The translations under genes and the position numbers were made by a program. Below the pieces are notes generated by a model. The model was not told the DNA's origin and ran no database searches. It saw nothing but the letters and a program-made list of their open reading frames with translations. This document shows positions 27,832 through 36,736 of a DNA stretch of 64,000 bases, piece by piece (positions within the stretch are counted from its first letter, which is position 1; the number at the start of each line of letters is the position of its first letter). The stretch covers positions 256,001 through 320,000 of the forward strand of contig CAWFXA010000001.1 of the NCBI GenBank assembly GCA_963819655.1, written 5' to 3'. This stretch comes from an uncultured Chloroflexia bacterium. GTDB lineage: Bacteria > Chloroflexota > Limnocylindria > Limnocylindrales > CSP1-4.

Positions 27832-28404
27832 TTGTCGTGGAGGGCCGTCCACATCGAAGACGCCGAACTGATCGCGCGCGCTCGCACAGGCGACGTCGCT
27901 GCGTACGAGGCCATCGTGCGCCGCTATCAAGACGTGGCCATCCGGACCGCGCACCTCATCTGCCCGGAGACCGATGCCGACGATGCAGTCCAGGATGCCT
28001 TCCTCAAGGCCTTTGACGCCCTCCCCCGCTTTCGCGAGGGATCGCCGATCAGGCCGTGGCTCCTGCGCATCGTGGCCAATGAGGCACGCAATCGACGGCG
28101 CTCGGCGGGGCGGCGGCACGGCCTCGCGCTCCGCGTGGCGGAGGCCGAGCCGAACAGTCGGTCGGCACCCGGGCCCGAGAACATCGTGATCGCCGCCGAG
28201 CAGCGAACGGAGCTGTTGAGCGCACTCGCGACGCTCCGGGACGACGACCGTGAAGTGCTCGGCGCGCGCTTCCTGCTGGACCTCTCCGAAGCGGAGACGG
28301 CCGAGACCCTGGGCATCCCGCGCGGCACGGTCAAGTCACGGACCTCGCGCGCGATCGCGCGCCTGCGCGCGGCCCTGGCCGCGACGTCGGGGCTCGACCG
28401 ATGA
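27832..28404 (+). CDS. ECF sigma factor (start uncertain)
   Basis: DAVQDAFLKAF, WLLRIVANEARN, SEAETAETLGIPRGTVKSR. Confidence 0.9.
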   Translation: MSWRAVHIEDAELIARARTGDVAAYEAIVRRYQDVAIRTAHLICPETDADDAVQDAFLKAFDALPRFREGSPIRPWLLRIVANEARNRRRSAGRRHGLALRVAEAEPNSRSAPGPENIVIAAEQRTELLSALATLRDDDREVLGARFLLDLSEAETAETLGIPRGTVKSRTSRAIARLRAALAATSGLDR

Positions 28405-29285
28405 CCGATCGATCGCTCGCCGGCCGCGACGACGCCGCGTTGGAGGATGCCCTGCGCTCGCTCGCGACCGCCATCGACTGGCCGACCGCAGCCCCCATGG
28501 CCGCGTCGGGCACGACAGCCGGGCCGGACATCGCGACGCGCGTGCGTGTCCGGCTCAATTCCGGCGAACGCGCCCGGCCGACGCGACCCTGGTGGCGACC
28601 CTCGACCCGGCCCGTCCGCGGCTCGCTCGTGCTCGCCATCGTGGCCCTGCTGGCCCTCGCTATCGTGGCCGGAGCGGTCGGCCTCGGGCTGCCCGGCCTG
28701 CGCTTCATCCTGGGAGAGCCGCCGGCATCGGTCCTGCCATCGCCCACCCCGGTCGCCAGCGCGACGCCGAGCGACCAGCCGACGCTCCCGGCCATCACAG
28801 GCAGCCGGCTAGGACTGGGGCGGCAGGTCGCACTCGAGGAGGTCGAGCCACTGACCGGCGTTCCGGCGCGGCTGCCGACGGACGCCCGGCTGGGTCCGCC
28901 CGACACCGTGTGGGTCGACAGCAACAAGTTCGACCAGATCGCCTACGTCTGGGCAGCCGACGAGGACCTGCCTGAGACGTCGGAGCGTGGCGTGGGTCTG
29001 GTGCTGATGCGCTTCGCCGGGCGGAGCGACGATCAGTTCTACCAGAAGGTCATCGGGATGGGGAACACGCTCGAGAGAGTCACGGTCGATGGCCACGACG
29101 GTTTCTGGATCACCGGCGAGATGCACTTCTTCTTCTACGTGCGACCCGACGGCACTGGCCAGGTCGACGACACCCGACGGTGGGTCGGCGACGCGCTCGT
29201 CTGGAACGACGGCGAAGCCACCTACCGGATCGAGAGCGCGCTCGGGCGCGAAGCCACCATCGAGATCGCCGAGTCGATCGAATAG
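28401..29285 (+). CDS. Putative membrane-anchored anti-sigma factor
   Basis: ATGA-coupled to the sigma gene; short N-domain, TM helix, Pro/Thr linker, extracellular domain ending LVW..GEATYRI. Confidence 0.7.
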   Translation: MTDRSLAGRDDAALEDALRSLATAIDWPTAAPMAASGTTAGPDIATRVRVRLNSGERARPTRPWWRPSTRPVRGSLVLAIVALLALAIVAGAVGLGLPGLRFILGEPPASVLPSPTPVASATPSDQPTLPAITGSRLGLGRQVALEEVEPLTGVPARLPTDARLGPPDTVWVDSNKFDQIAYVWAADEDLPETSERGVGLVLMRFAGRSDDQFYQKVIGMGNTLERVTVDGHDGFWITGEMHFFFYVRPDGTGQVDDTRRWVGDALVWNDGEATYRIESALGREATIEIAESIE

Positions 29286-29289
29286 TCGT

Positions 29290-29317
29290 GCGCCGCGAGA
29301 CAGGCGCCGCGAGACAG
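29290..29317. repeat. Exact 14-nt tandem duplication just after a stop codon
   Basis: GCGCCGCGAGACAG x2. Confidence 0.8.
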
Positions 29318-29415
29318 CAGCGATAGCCGCGCGTCGCTCCTGCGCACACAGATTCGACGAATGAGCGTCCGCCATGAGCGTTTCGGCCGAAACGTGTGCG
29401 TCACAGCGACACGTC

Positions 29416-29443
29416 GGGGAACCTGCGACCGCCCCAGGGTGTA
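29416..29443 (+). promoter_or_regulatory. ECF promoter copy 2
   Basis: GGGGAACC tgcgaccgccccagg GTGTA. Confidence 0.8.
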
Positions 29444-29490
29444 GGAGCTGTACACGTTCCGATACAGGACCGCTCCGGAGGATCAACCTA

Positions 29491-30864
29491 GTGCCATCGA
29501 CCCGGTCGCTCATCCGCTCGCTCGCGGTGCTCAGCGCAGGAACCCTCGCGGCGTGCTCGACACCCGGCGCTTCGCCCTCGGCCCCGACCGCCGTATCGGC
29601 CGCACCGGCGACCAGCGCACAGGGTCCGAGCTCGGCCCCGATGGCACAGCCCAGCACTGCACAGCCCAGCGCGAGCGCCGGCGACGCGTGGCTGATCGTG
29701 AGCGACTCCACCAAACCAACGCTCCGGGTCATCCTCGACAGCACGCTCGAGGACATCTTCGAGCTGCCCGTCGGCGTTCCCGATGAGACGTGGGGGCACG
29801 TCCTCAGCGCGACGCCGGGCGACACGACGACGCGTATCCACAATCTCGTCGTCCAACCAGGTTTCGGTGGCTCGACGCAGGACATCGACGGCCGCTGGCG
29901 GCTGCCGACCGTCGGCCTCGACCCGATCCCGGGTGGCGTGTCGGCCGACCGCTCGACGATCGTCCTGGTCGAGGCCGACGCCGAGCACGGCGCAGCTGGC
30001 AGCGACCGGGCCGTCAGCCGTTTCGCGGTCGTGGATGGCCGACTCGGGCTGGGCAACCCGCCACGAATCATCGAGCTCGAGGGCACCTTCGACTACGACG
30101 CGTTGTCGCCCGACGGGTCGCTCCTGTACGTCGCTGAGCAGGTGCCCGGTCCGCTCGAGGCGCGCTACCAGGTCCGCGCGGTCGAGACCGCCACGGGCCG
30201 GATGCGGGACGCGATCATCGTCGACAAGCGCAACATCGACGAGGAGATGGCCGGCTGGCCGGTCGACCAGGCACGCCGCGCCGACGGCATGGTGATGACC
30301 CTCTACCGCGGAGCGGAATACCCGTTCGTCCACGCCCTGTCGAGCAAGGAGGCGTGGGCCGTCTGCATCGACCTGCCGACCCGTGGCTTCTACGACGTCG
30401 ATGCGGCCGCCGACTGGGGCATCGTCAGCCTCGGCGCCGGCAAGAGCGACCTCGCCGTCAACGCGTCGCTCGGTATCGCCGTCGAGATCAACGCCGACCT
30501 GAGCGTCAGGCGAAACGTGGACTTCGAGCCGTCGGCGGCCGCCGCGTTCCGCCTCGCGAAGTTCGGGCACGGCGAGCTCGGCCCTGCCGGTCGACGGGTG
30601 ATCGCCGCGCCCGATGGCGCGAGCGTCTTTGCTGCGGGCGAGGGCGGCATCGTCAAGCTTGGTGCCACGGATCTGGACGTCCAGCAGCGCTACCTGACGG
30701 GCATCGCGATCGACGGGCTGACCCTCACGCCGGATGGCACGACGCTGTTCGCCCTCACGCGGACCGGAGGCCGGATCGCCCGGCTCGATGTCGCCAGCGG
30801 CCAGGTCGAGCGCTGGGTCGGCGAGGGCGGCTTCGACCGACTGCTCGGTGCACTGCCCTGGTAG
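29491..30864 (+). CDS. Lipoprotein with a probable beta-propeller domain
   Basis: GGAGGA RBS; lipobox LAAC; repeated SPDG/SADR/APDG/TPDG blade-like motifs. Confidence 0.8.
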   Translation: MPSTRSLIRSLAVLSAGTLAACSTPGASPSAPTAVSAAPATSAQGPSSAPMAQPSTAQPSASAGDAWLIVSDSTKPTLRVILDSTLEDIFELPVGVPDETWGHVLSATPGDTTTRIHNLVVQPGFGGSTQDIDGRWRLPTVGLDPIPGGVSADRSTIVLVEADAEHGAAGSDRAVSRFAVVDGRLGLGNPPRIIELEGTFDYDALSPDGSLLYVAEQVPGPLEARYQVRAVETATGRMRDAIIVDKRNIDEEMAGWPVDQARRADGMVMTLYRGAEYPFVHALSSKEAWAVCIDLPTRGFYDVDAAADWGIVSLGAGKSDLAVNASLGIAVEINADLSVRRNVDFEPSAAAAFRLAKFGHGELGPAGRRVIAAPDGASVFAAGEGGIVKLGATDLDVQQRYLTGIAIDGLTLTPDGTTLFALTRTGGRIARLDVASGQVERWVGEGGFDRLLGALPW

Positions 30865-30881
30865 CTGTGCGTCACCGCGCC

Positions 30882-30898
30882 TCTCAGCGCGTTCTCAG
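30882..30898 (+). promoter_or_regulatory. MprA/OmpR-type direct repeat TCTCAG-N5-TCTCAG
   Basis: Exact hexamer repeat with 11-nt period upstream of yceI. Confidence 0.55.
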
Positions 30899-30959
30899 GT
30901 TTCGTTGAGAATCTCCAGTCGACGGCGCAGATGTTCGCCGCCCTCCGGAGGCGTTCCCC

Positions 30960-31709
30960 GTGACCCGAAACCGAAACATCGCGCTCGCCCTGCTGGCAGT
31001 CGCCGCCCTTGCGGTCGGCGGTTACATCGCCTACGACCAGGTCCTTCGCGGGGACAGCGTCGCCGCACTCGCCCTCCCGACCCAGACGTCCACGCCTGCA
31101 GCTGCCAGCGCGCCGTCTGCGAGCCAGGACGCGGCGAGCGCGACGCCCGGCACCGACGCCGGCGTCGCCGGCGAGTGGCAGGTCGGCGGCGACAGCGTCG
31201 CCGGCTATCGGGTGCGGGAACGGCTCGCCAACCTTCCGGCCGAATCCGACGCGGTCGGGCGCACGTCGGACGTGACCGGATCGATCACCGTGGAGACGCC
31301 TGGGGACGGTGCACGGCTGACGGCCGGCACCCTGAACGTCGACACCACGACGATCGCCTCGGACGAGGGCCGGCGCGACAACCGGCTGCGGACGGAAGGC
31401 CTCCAGACCGACCTGTTCCCCACGGCGACTTTCGTGGTGACCCAACCGGTCGACGTCCCGGCTGAGGCGCTGACCGGCACCGCCACGGACATGACGCTGG
31501 TCGGTGACCTGACGCTCCATGGCGTGACCAAGTCGGTCGAGATCCCCGCCCAGGCGCAACTGACTGACGGGAAGATCCAGGTCGCCGGGACGCTGACGTT
31601 CGCCCTGGCCGACTTCGATATCACCGCGCCGAACGTCGGCGGTTTCATCATCTCGATCGCCGACGAGGGCACGCTCGAGTTCCTCGTCAACTTCGAGAAG
31701 GCGGCCTGA
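30960..31709 (+). CDS. YceI-family exported lipid/polyisoprenoid-binding protein
   Basis: S.AGYRVRE, RRDN, FPTATF, GDLTLHGVTK. Confidence 0.9.
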   Translation: MTRNRNIALALLAVAALAVGGYIAYDQVLRGDSVAALALPTQTSTPAAASAPSASQDAASATPGTDAGVAGEWQVGGDSVAGYRVRERLANLPAESDAVGRTSDVTGSITVETPGDGARLTAGTLNVDTTTIASDEGRRDNRLRTEGLQTDLFPTATFVVTQPVDVPAEALTGTATDMTLVGDLTLHGVTKSVEIPAQAQLTDGKIQVAGTLTFALADFDITAPNVGGFIISIADEGTLEFLVNFEKAA

Positions 31710-31733
31710 CGCCGCAGGCGGCACGGCCGCGTT

Positions 31734-31765
31734 AGCGCCCTACCGCGTCGAGCGCCCTACCGCGT
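31734..31765. repeat. 15-nt direct repeat (17-nt period) containing the CoA-transferase B stop codon
   Basis: AGCGCCCTACCGCGT at 31734-31748 and 31751-31765. Confidence 0.8.
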
Positions 31766-32536
31766 GTAGACCCCGCCCGGGTCGAGCTCCTCGCGGATCA
31801 GCCGCAGCTCCTCGTCGGTCGGCGCCGGTGTCGTGCCGAGGTCGTCTCGGACCTTGATCTCCCAGCCGATCGTCGCGCGGACCTCGTCCAGGGCGGCCCC
31901 TGGGTGGAGCGACTCAAGCCGCATCTCGCCGCGGTCGTCGAACCGGTAGATGCCGAGGTCGGTCACGACCACCGACGGTCCACGCCCCAGCCAGCCACCC
32001 TCGCGCCGGATTCGCTCGGCCTGCTCGGCGCCGCCGAGGTTGCCGGGCGACGTGCGGAAGTCGATCGTCTAGACGAACGAGCGCGCCGACTGGCGCATGA
32101 TCACGAACACCTGGCGGGCGTTGATCGCGATCTCGCACGCGCCGCCAGACCCCGGCAGGCGCGTTTTCGGGTGGTCGTACGCGCCGATGACCGTGGTGTT
32201 GATGTTGCCGAATCGGTCGATCTGGGCGGCACCCAGGAAGCCGACGTCGATCAGGCCGCCCTGGAGGTAGTAGCCGAACAGCTCGAGCATGCTGACGACG
32301 GCGGTCGACCCGGTGACGATGGTCGGGTCGCCGATGCTGAGCGGCAGCCGCTGGGGACGTGCGCCGAAGACGCCGGCCTCGTACACGAGCTCGATTTCTG
32401 GCGCGACCGTGCGCTGGGCGAGGTTGACTGCGATGTTCGGCAGGCCGACACCCACGAAGCAGACGCGCTGGCCCTCGAGGGCACGGGCCGCGGCCACGAT
32501 CATCATCTCGGACTTGCTGAATGCGGGAGCGGTCAT
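31757..32536 (-). pseudogene. CoA-transferase beta subunit (GctB/CatJ-like) with an in-frame TAG at 32069-32071
   Basis: LVYEAG, GAAQIDRFGNINTT, RLPGSGGA, then SFV*TIDFRTSPG...VVTDLG continuing in the same frame. Confidence 0.85.
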
Positions 32537-32543
32537 CGCCGGC

Positions 32544-32738
32544 TCACGCGTGCACCATGTGACCGTATCTGCGATCGAGGGAGTCCTCGGCGTCGCGAAT
32601 GTGCACGCTCTGCACAGACTGGGGCTGGAGGAAGCGCTCGTTGCCGATCTGGTGCACGACTTGAGCAGGGGCGACGACGAGGCTTCTCCCAACCTCCCGA
32701 ATGGTCACCACCAGCACATCGACGCGTTCCCGACTCAT
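32544..32738 (-). CDS. Possible 64-aa ORF or gene remnant between the CoA-transferase subunits
   Basis: ATGA-coupled to the subunit A stop and fills the gap, but codon usage is atypical. Confidence 0.35.
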   Translation of the reverse strand: MSRERVDVLVVTIREVGRSLVVAPAQVVHQIGNERFLQPQSVQSVHIRDAEDSLDRRYGHMVHA

Positions 32739-33661
32739 CGATAGGTCCCGTAGTCGACCGAGCCCGACGGGGCCGGCTCGGTCGGGCGCAGTGCCGCCAC
32801 CCGCTCCGAGCCGAGCTTCTCGAGGTAGGCCGCGCGGCCGTCGAGGTCATAGACCCAGTCGCGCAACCACGCCTGGACGGCGTCCTCGTCGCGGGTGATG
32901 GGATCCCAGTCGAGATAGAACCGGTTGTCACGATCGTAGGCGCCCTGGACGTACGAGGGATGTGCCCCCCACGGCTCCACGACGACTGCGTCCACGATCA
33001 GGCCGGGGATGATCGTCCGGTTCGGGTCCGCGCGGATGACCGCCTCATCGACGACCTCCTCGGCCACGACGATGACCCGATCGGCAGCGAAGGCGACCTC
33101 CTTCTGGCAACCGAGGAGGCCCCACACCTGGGTGTCGCCACCGGCCGACGCGCGCTGCGCGTGGACGATCGCGACGTCCGGCTTGAGGGGCGGGACGGCG
33201 TAGACGACGCCGTCGTCGTACGGCGACGAGATCTGTCGTATGAGCGGGTTCACGACGGGCAGGTCGGTCTCGAAATACGAACGGAGCGGGAAGAACGGCA
33301 GGTTCATCGCCCCGGCGGTGTAGCGGCCGACCATCCCGAAGTGGCTGTACTCCTCGATCGCGAGGGGTTGATCCGGGATGTCGCCCTCGATCCGCCGACG
33401 GATCGCGCCGAGCCCGCCGACGCCCGGATTGCCGAGCCAGCTGAAGATCAGCTTGCTGGCGACGCCGCCCGCGATCATCTGGTCGTAGATGACGTCCGGT
33501 GTCAGTCGGGCCAGCGTCAGGTCGCGCTTGCGCTGCCGGATGATCTCGTGCCCGGCGGCGAAGCTGATGAGGTGGGTGAACCCCTCGATCGCCACCGTGT
33601 CCCCGTCCTTGACGAGGTCGGCCACGGCGTCAAGCATCGACGCGGTTTTGTCGGTACTCAT
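32735..33661 (-). CDS. CoA-transferase alpha subunit
   Basis: EGFTHLISFAAGHE, EEYSH, PDVAIVHAQRA, GAHPSY. Confidence 0.92.
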   Translation of the reverse strand: MSTDKTASMLDAVADLVKDGDTVAIEGFTHLISFAAGHEIIRQRKRDLTLARLTPDVIYDQMIAGGVASKLIFSWLGNPGVGGLGAIRRRIEGDIPDQPLAIEEYSHFGMVGRYTAGAMNLPFFPLRSYFETDLPVVNPLIRQISSPYDDGVVYAVPPLKPDVAIVHAQRASAGGDTQVWGLLGCQKEVAFAADRVIVVAEEVVDEAVIRADPNRTIIPGLIVDAVVVEPWGAHPSYVQGAYDRDNRFYLDWDPITRDEDAVQAWLRDWVYDLDGRAAYLEKLGSERVAALRPTEPAPSGSVDYGTYR

Positions 33662-33708
33662 CGGGCGATGATGACAGCCCGTGGCGTGCACCGACTGAGG
33701 AGGGATCG

Positions 33709-34581
33709 ATGACTGATACGACGGCAACGCCGGTGCCTGACGAGACCGGCGCGCCGCGACATGGCAACGCCTACAACATCTTCATCCTCGTCCTGACCAT
33801 CTTCTCGCTGGCGGTCATGGTGCTGCTCATCCTGCCGCTCGGCGAGGCGACCCTCGAGGTATTGCGGTTCTACGACAACGCGATCTGCGTCGTGTTCCTG
33901 ATCGACTTTGCCGCCAACCTCATGACGACGCGGTCGAAGCGCGATTACTTCATCGGCAATCGCGGTTGGCTCGACTTGATCGGCTCGATCCCGAGCTTCG
34001 GCTTCTTCCCGGCTGCCGGCCTGTTCCGGATCGCTCGGCTGAGTCGGTTCGCGCGGATCACCCGACTGCTCCGTGGCAACAACCGGCGTCAGCTCGTCCA
34101 GGACGTCCTGCGCAATCGCGGGCAGTACGCCCTCTTCATCACAGTGCTGTCCGCATTCGTAGTGCTCGCCGTGTCGTCGGTGCTGATGGTCCAGTTCGAG
34201 AGCCAGTCCCCGGACGCCAACATCGAGACCGGTGGCGACGCGCTCTGGTGGGGCTTCACGACCATCACCACGGTGGGCTACGGCGATCAGTTCCCCGTGA
34301 CACAGCTCGGCCGGGCCACGGCCGTCTTGGTCATGTTCGCCGGTGTCGGGATCATCGGGTCTCTGGCCAGCATCCTGGCCAGCCTTCTGGTGCCGCCCGC
34401 GGAGACGGACCCGGGGGCGGATGCAGGTCTGCGCAGCTCGGTCCGCGCGCTCCCGACCGATCTCGTCCAGGAACTCGCGGCTATCAGGGCGGAGCTGGCT
34501 GATCTGCGGTCGATGCTCGTCGACGATCGGCCGCGCTTGTCGGATAGGACGCCGTGCCCGATCGAGGGCTCCCGGCCATGA
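33709..34581 (+). CDS. 6-TM voltage-gated-type potassium channel
   Basis: S4 segment RIARLSRFARITRLLR; filter TTVGYGD; GAGGAGG RBS. Confidence 0.93.
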   Translation: MTDTTATPVPDETGAPRHGNAYNIFILVLTIFSLAVMVLLILPLGEATLEVLRFYDNAICVVFLIDFAANLMTTRSKRDYFIGNRGWLDLIGSIPSFGFFPAAGLFRIARLSRFARITRLLRGNNRRQLVQDVLRNRGQYALFITVLSAFVVLAVSSVLMVQFESQSPDANIETGGDALWWGFTTITTVGYGDQFPVTQLGRATAVLVMFAGVGIIGSLASILASLLVPPAETDPGADAGLRSSVRALPTDLVQELAAIRAELADLRSMLVDDRPRLSDRTPCPIEGSRP

Positions 34582-34586
34582 CCGCA

Positions 34587-35946
34587 TCAGCCGGCCGCTT
34601 CGACCCCACTGACGCACCGGCGTCCGTCGCAGCCCGCAGGGGGCCGCGTCGTCGCCGGTGACGTCGGCCACAGCCTCGGTGAAGATCCGGAGCGCTGTCG
34701 CCATCTCAGCCTCGCTGACGGTCAGTGCGGGCGACATCCTGACGCTCGAGACGCCGCATTCGAGCACGAGCAACCCGCGCTGGAAGCTGGCCCACTGGAC
34801 CTCTTCGGCGTGCTGGGCAGTGTCGAACTCCACGCCGAGCATCAGGCCCTTCCCGCGCACGTCACGGACGAGACCGTCGAAGCGCCCGATCAGCGGGCGG
34901 AGCCCGGCCAGCGCCTGTTCGCCCCGGGCTGCGGCGTTCGCGATGAGCCCGCCCTCGAGGAGGTCGATCGTGACGAGGCTCGCGGCACAGGCGACCGGGT
35001 TGCCGCCGTACGTCGAGCCGTGGGTGCCGGGGCCCCACGTCTCCATCAGGTCCTTCCGCGCGATCATCGCGCCGAGCGGCATCCCGCTGGCGATGCCCTT
35101 CGCGGTCAGGACGATGTCGGGCCGGACACCCCAATGGTCGACCGCCCACATCCTTCCCGTCCGACCGGCGCCGGACTGGATCTCGTCGGCGATGAGCAGG
35201 ATGCCGTGGCGATCGCAGAGCTCACGCAGGCCCTGGAGGAAGCCGTCCTCCGGGACGATATAGCCGCCTTCGCCCTGGATCGGCTCGACGATGATCGCCG
35301 CCACCTCGTCGGCCGGGGCGAGCTTGTCGAACAGGACCTCGTCGAACCAGCGCAGGTCATCGACCCGGCCGAACGGAGCGTGGAAGACGCCCGGCAGCAG
35401 CGGCCCGAAGCCCGCGTGGTACTTGGCCTTGGACGCCGTCAGCGAGACCGCCCCGTACGTTCGCCCGTGGAACGCCCCGAGGAAGGCGACGATGTACGGA
35501 CGCTTGGTCGCGAACCGGGCGAGCTTGATCGCGGCTTCGACCGCCTCGGCGCCGGAGTTGCCGAGGTACGTGCGCGCCGGCCCGTCGATCGGGGCGATCT
35601 CGGCCAGTCGCTGACAGACCTCCGGGTAGATCGGCAGGTAGAAGTCGGCCGCGGAGAAATGGATGAGCTCGGCGGCCTGCTCCTTGATCGCCGCCACGAC
35701 CTGGGGGTGCGAATGGCCCGTGGAGTTGACGGCGATCCCGGCGGCGAAGTCGAGGAAGAGGTTGCCGTCGATGTCCTCGACGGTCAGCCCCTCGCCCCGG
35801 ACCGGGACGATCGGGTATGCCCGGGGAAGGCTCGGCGACGTCCACGTCTCGTCGTAGGCAACGTGGGCCCGGGCCTTGGGGCCCGGTAGCTCCGTGACGA
35901 TGTCGGGGACGGGGCGATCACCGGCGATCCGCGCGGCCGTTGACAA
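34587..35946 (-). CDS. Class-III aminotransferase (4-aminobutyrate/acetylornithine type); 3' end appears frameshifted
   Basis: NSGAEAVEAAIK, FHGRT, EPIQGEGG, DEIQSGAGRTG, TAKG; TTG 35946 with GAGG RBS; natural-looking end GVEAAG* at 34587 is out of frame. Confidence 0.85.
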
Positions 35947-36042
35947 GGGGCACCTCGGGCATGCTCGGCTGCATAGCAAGTATGCAGAGTGGATACTCGC
36001 GGCGGAGTATAGCCGAGCGCCAGGTGGCTTCGAGGTGCGCTG

Positions 36043-36639
36043 TCAGTCCGTCGATCGGCGGCGTCGGGACGCGATCACACCCGCGCCGAGGACGCCGACG
36101 ACGGCACCGAGCCCTAGCCCTGCCAGGGCCGCGGCGGCGAGCGGTGCGGGGTCGGAGCCGATGGTCGTGGTGGCGGCCACAGCCTGCGCATCAGGCGATG
36201 TCACGGCGGGGTCAGACGCGGCGGTCGCGGCAGCGTCCCCGGCCGCCGCCGTCGCTTCCCCACGAACGACGATCGCCCCGACCATCCCCGGATGCAGCGG
36301 ACACGAGAACGGATACGTCCCGGCCGCGTCGAACGTCTCCGCGTACTCGGCGCCGACCGGCAGGATGGCACTCCCCCACGTCCCCGACCGACCGACGACC
36401 GCGTGCTCGATGTTCGAGGTGTTCAGGAACCGGACCGTCGTCCCGACCGCGACGCGGTTGATGGTCGGCGAGAAACTGCACACGTCCATCCGGATCACGG
36501 TGTTGCCGTCGCTTTCGGTGTACGCGCTGCCATCGTTCCCGTGACAGCCGCCGCCGGCTTGGGTTGCAGGCGCCGCGAGCGCCGCGACCAGGAGCAGGAA
36601 CGGGGTCAACGCGGTGGCGACGACGGAACGACGTGTCAT
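36043..36639 (-). CDS. Exported type-1 copper cupredoxin with a C-terminal membrane anchor
   Basis: AAGGAG RBS; signal peptide; His (IEHAV) plus CPLHPGM ligands; C-terminal TM helix followed by RRRR. Confidence 0.9.
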   Translation of the reverse strand: MTRRSVVATALTPFLLLVAALAAPATQAGGGCHGNDGSAYTESDGNTVIRMDVCSFSPTINRVAVGTTVRFLNTSNIEHAVVGRSGTWGSAILPVGAEYAETFDAAGTYPFSCPLHPGMVGAIVVRGEATAAAGDAAATAASDPAVTSPDAQAVAATTTIGSDPAPLAAAALAGLGLGAVVGVLGAGVIASRRRRSTD

Positions 36640-36668
36640 GCCGGTGATCTCCTTGTGTTCACCGCCCA

Positions 36669-36696
36669 TACACCTCTCGACGGGTCCGGGTTCCCC
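36669..36696 (-). promoter_or_regulatory. ECF promoter copy 3
   Basis: Minus strand GGGGAACC cggacccgtcgagag GTGTA upstream of the cupredoxin. Confidence 0.8.
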
Positions 36697-36736
36697 GGCC
36701 CTCACCGGCGGCCCGCCGGGCTGGCCGCCCCGAACC

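Noticed and set aside
24903-27914. 1003-aa minus-strand ORF and many other long Arg/Pro/Ala-rich ORFs
   Set aside because: Shadow frames expected at high GC; they overlap well-supported genes and lack motifs.
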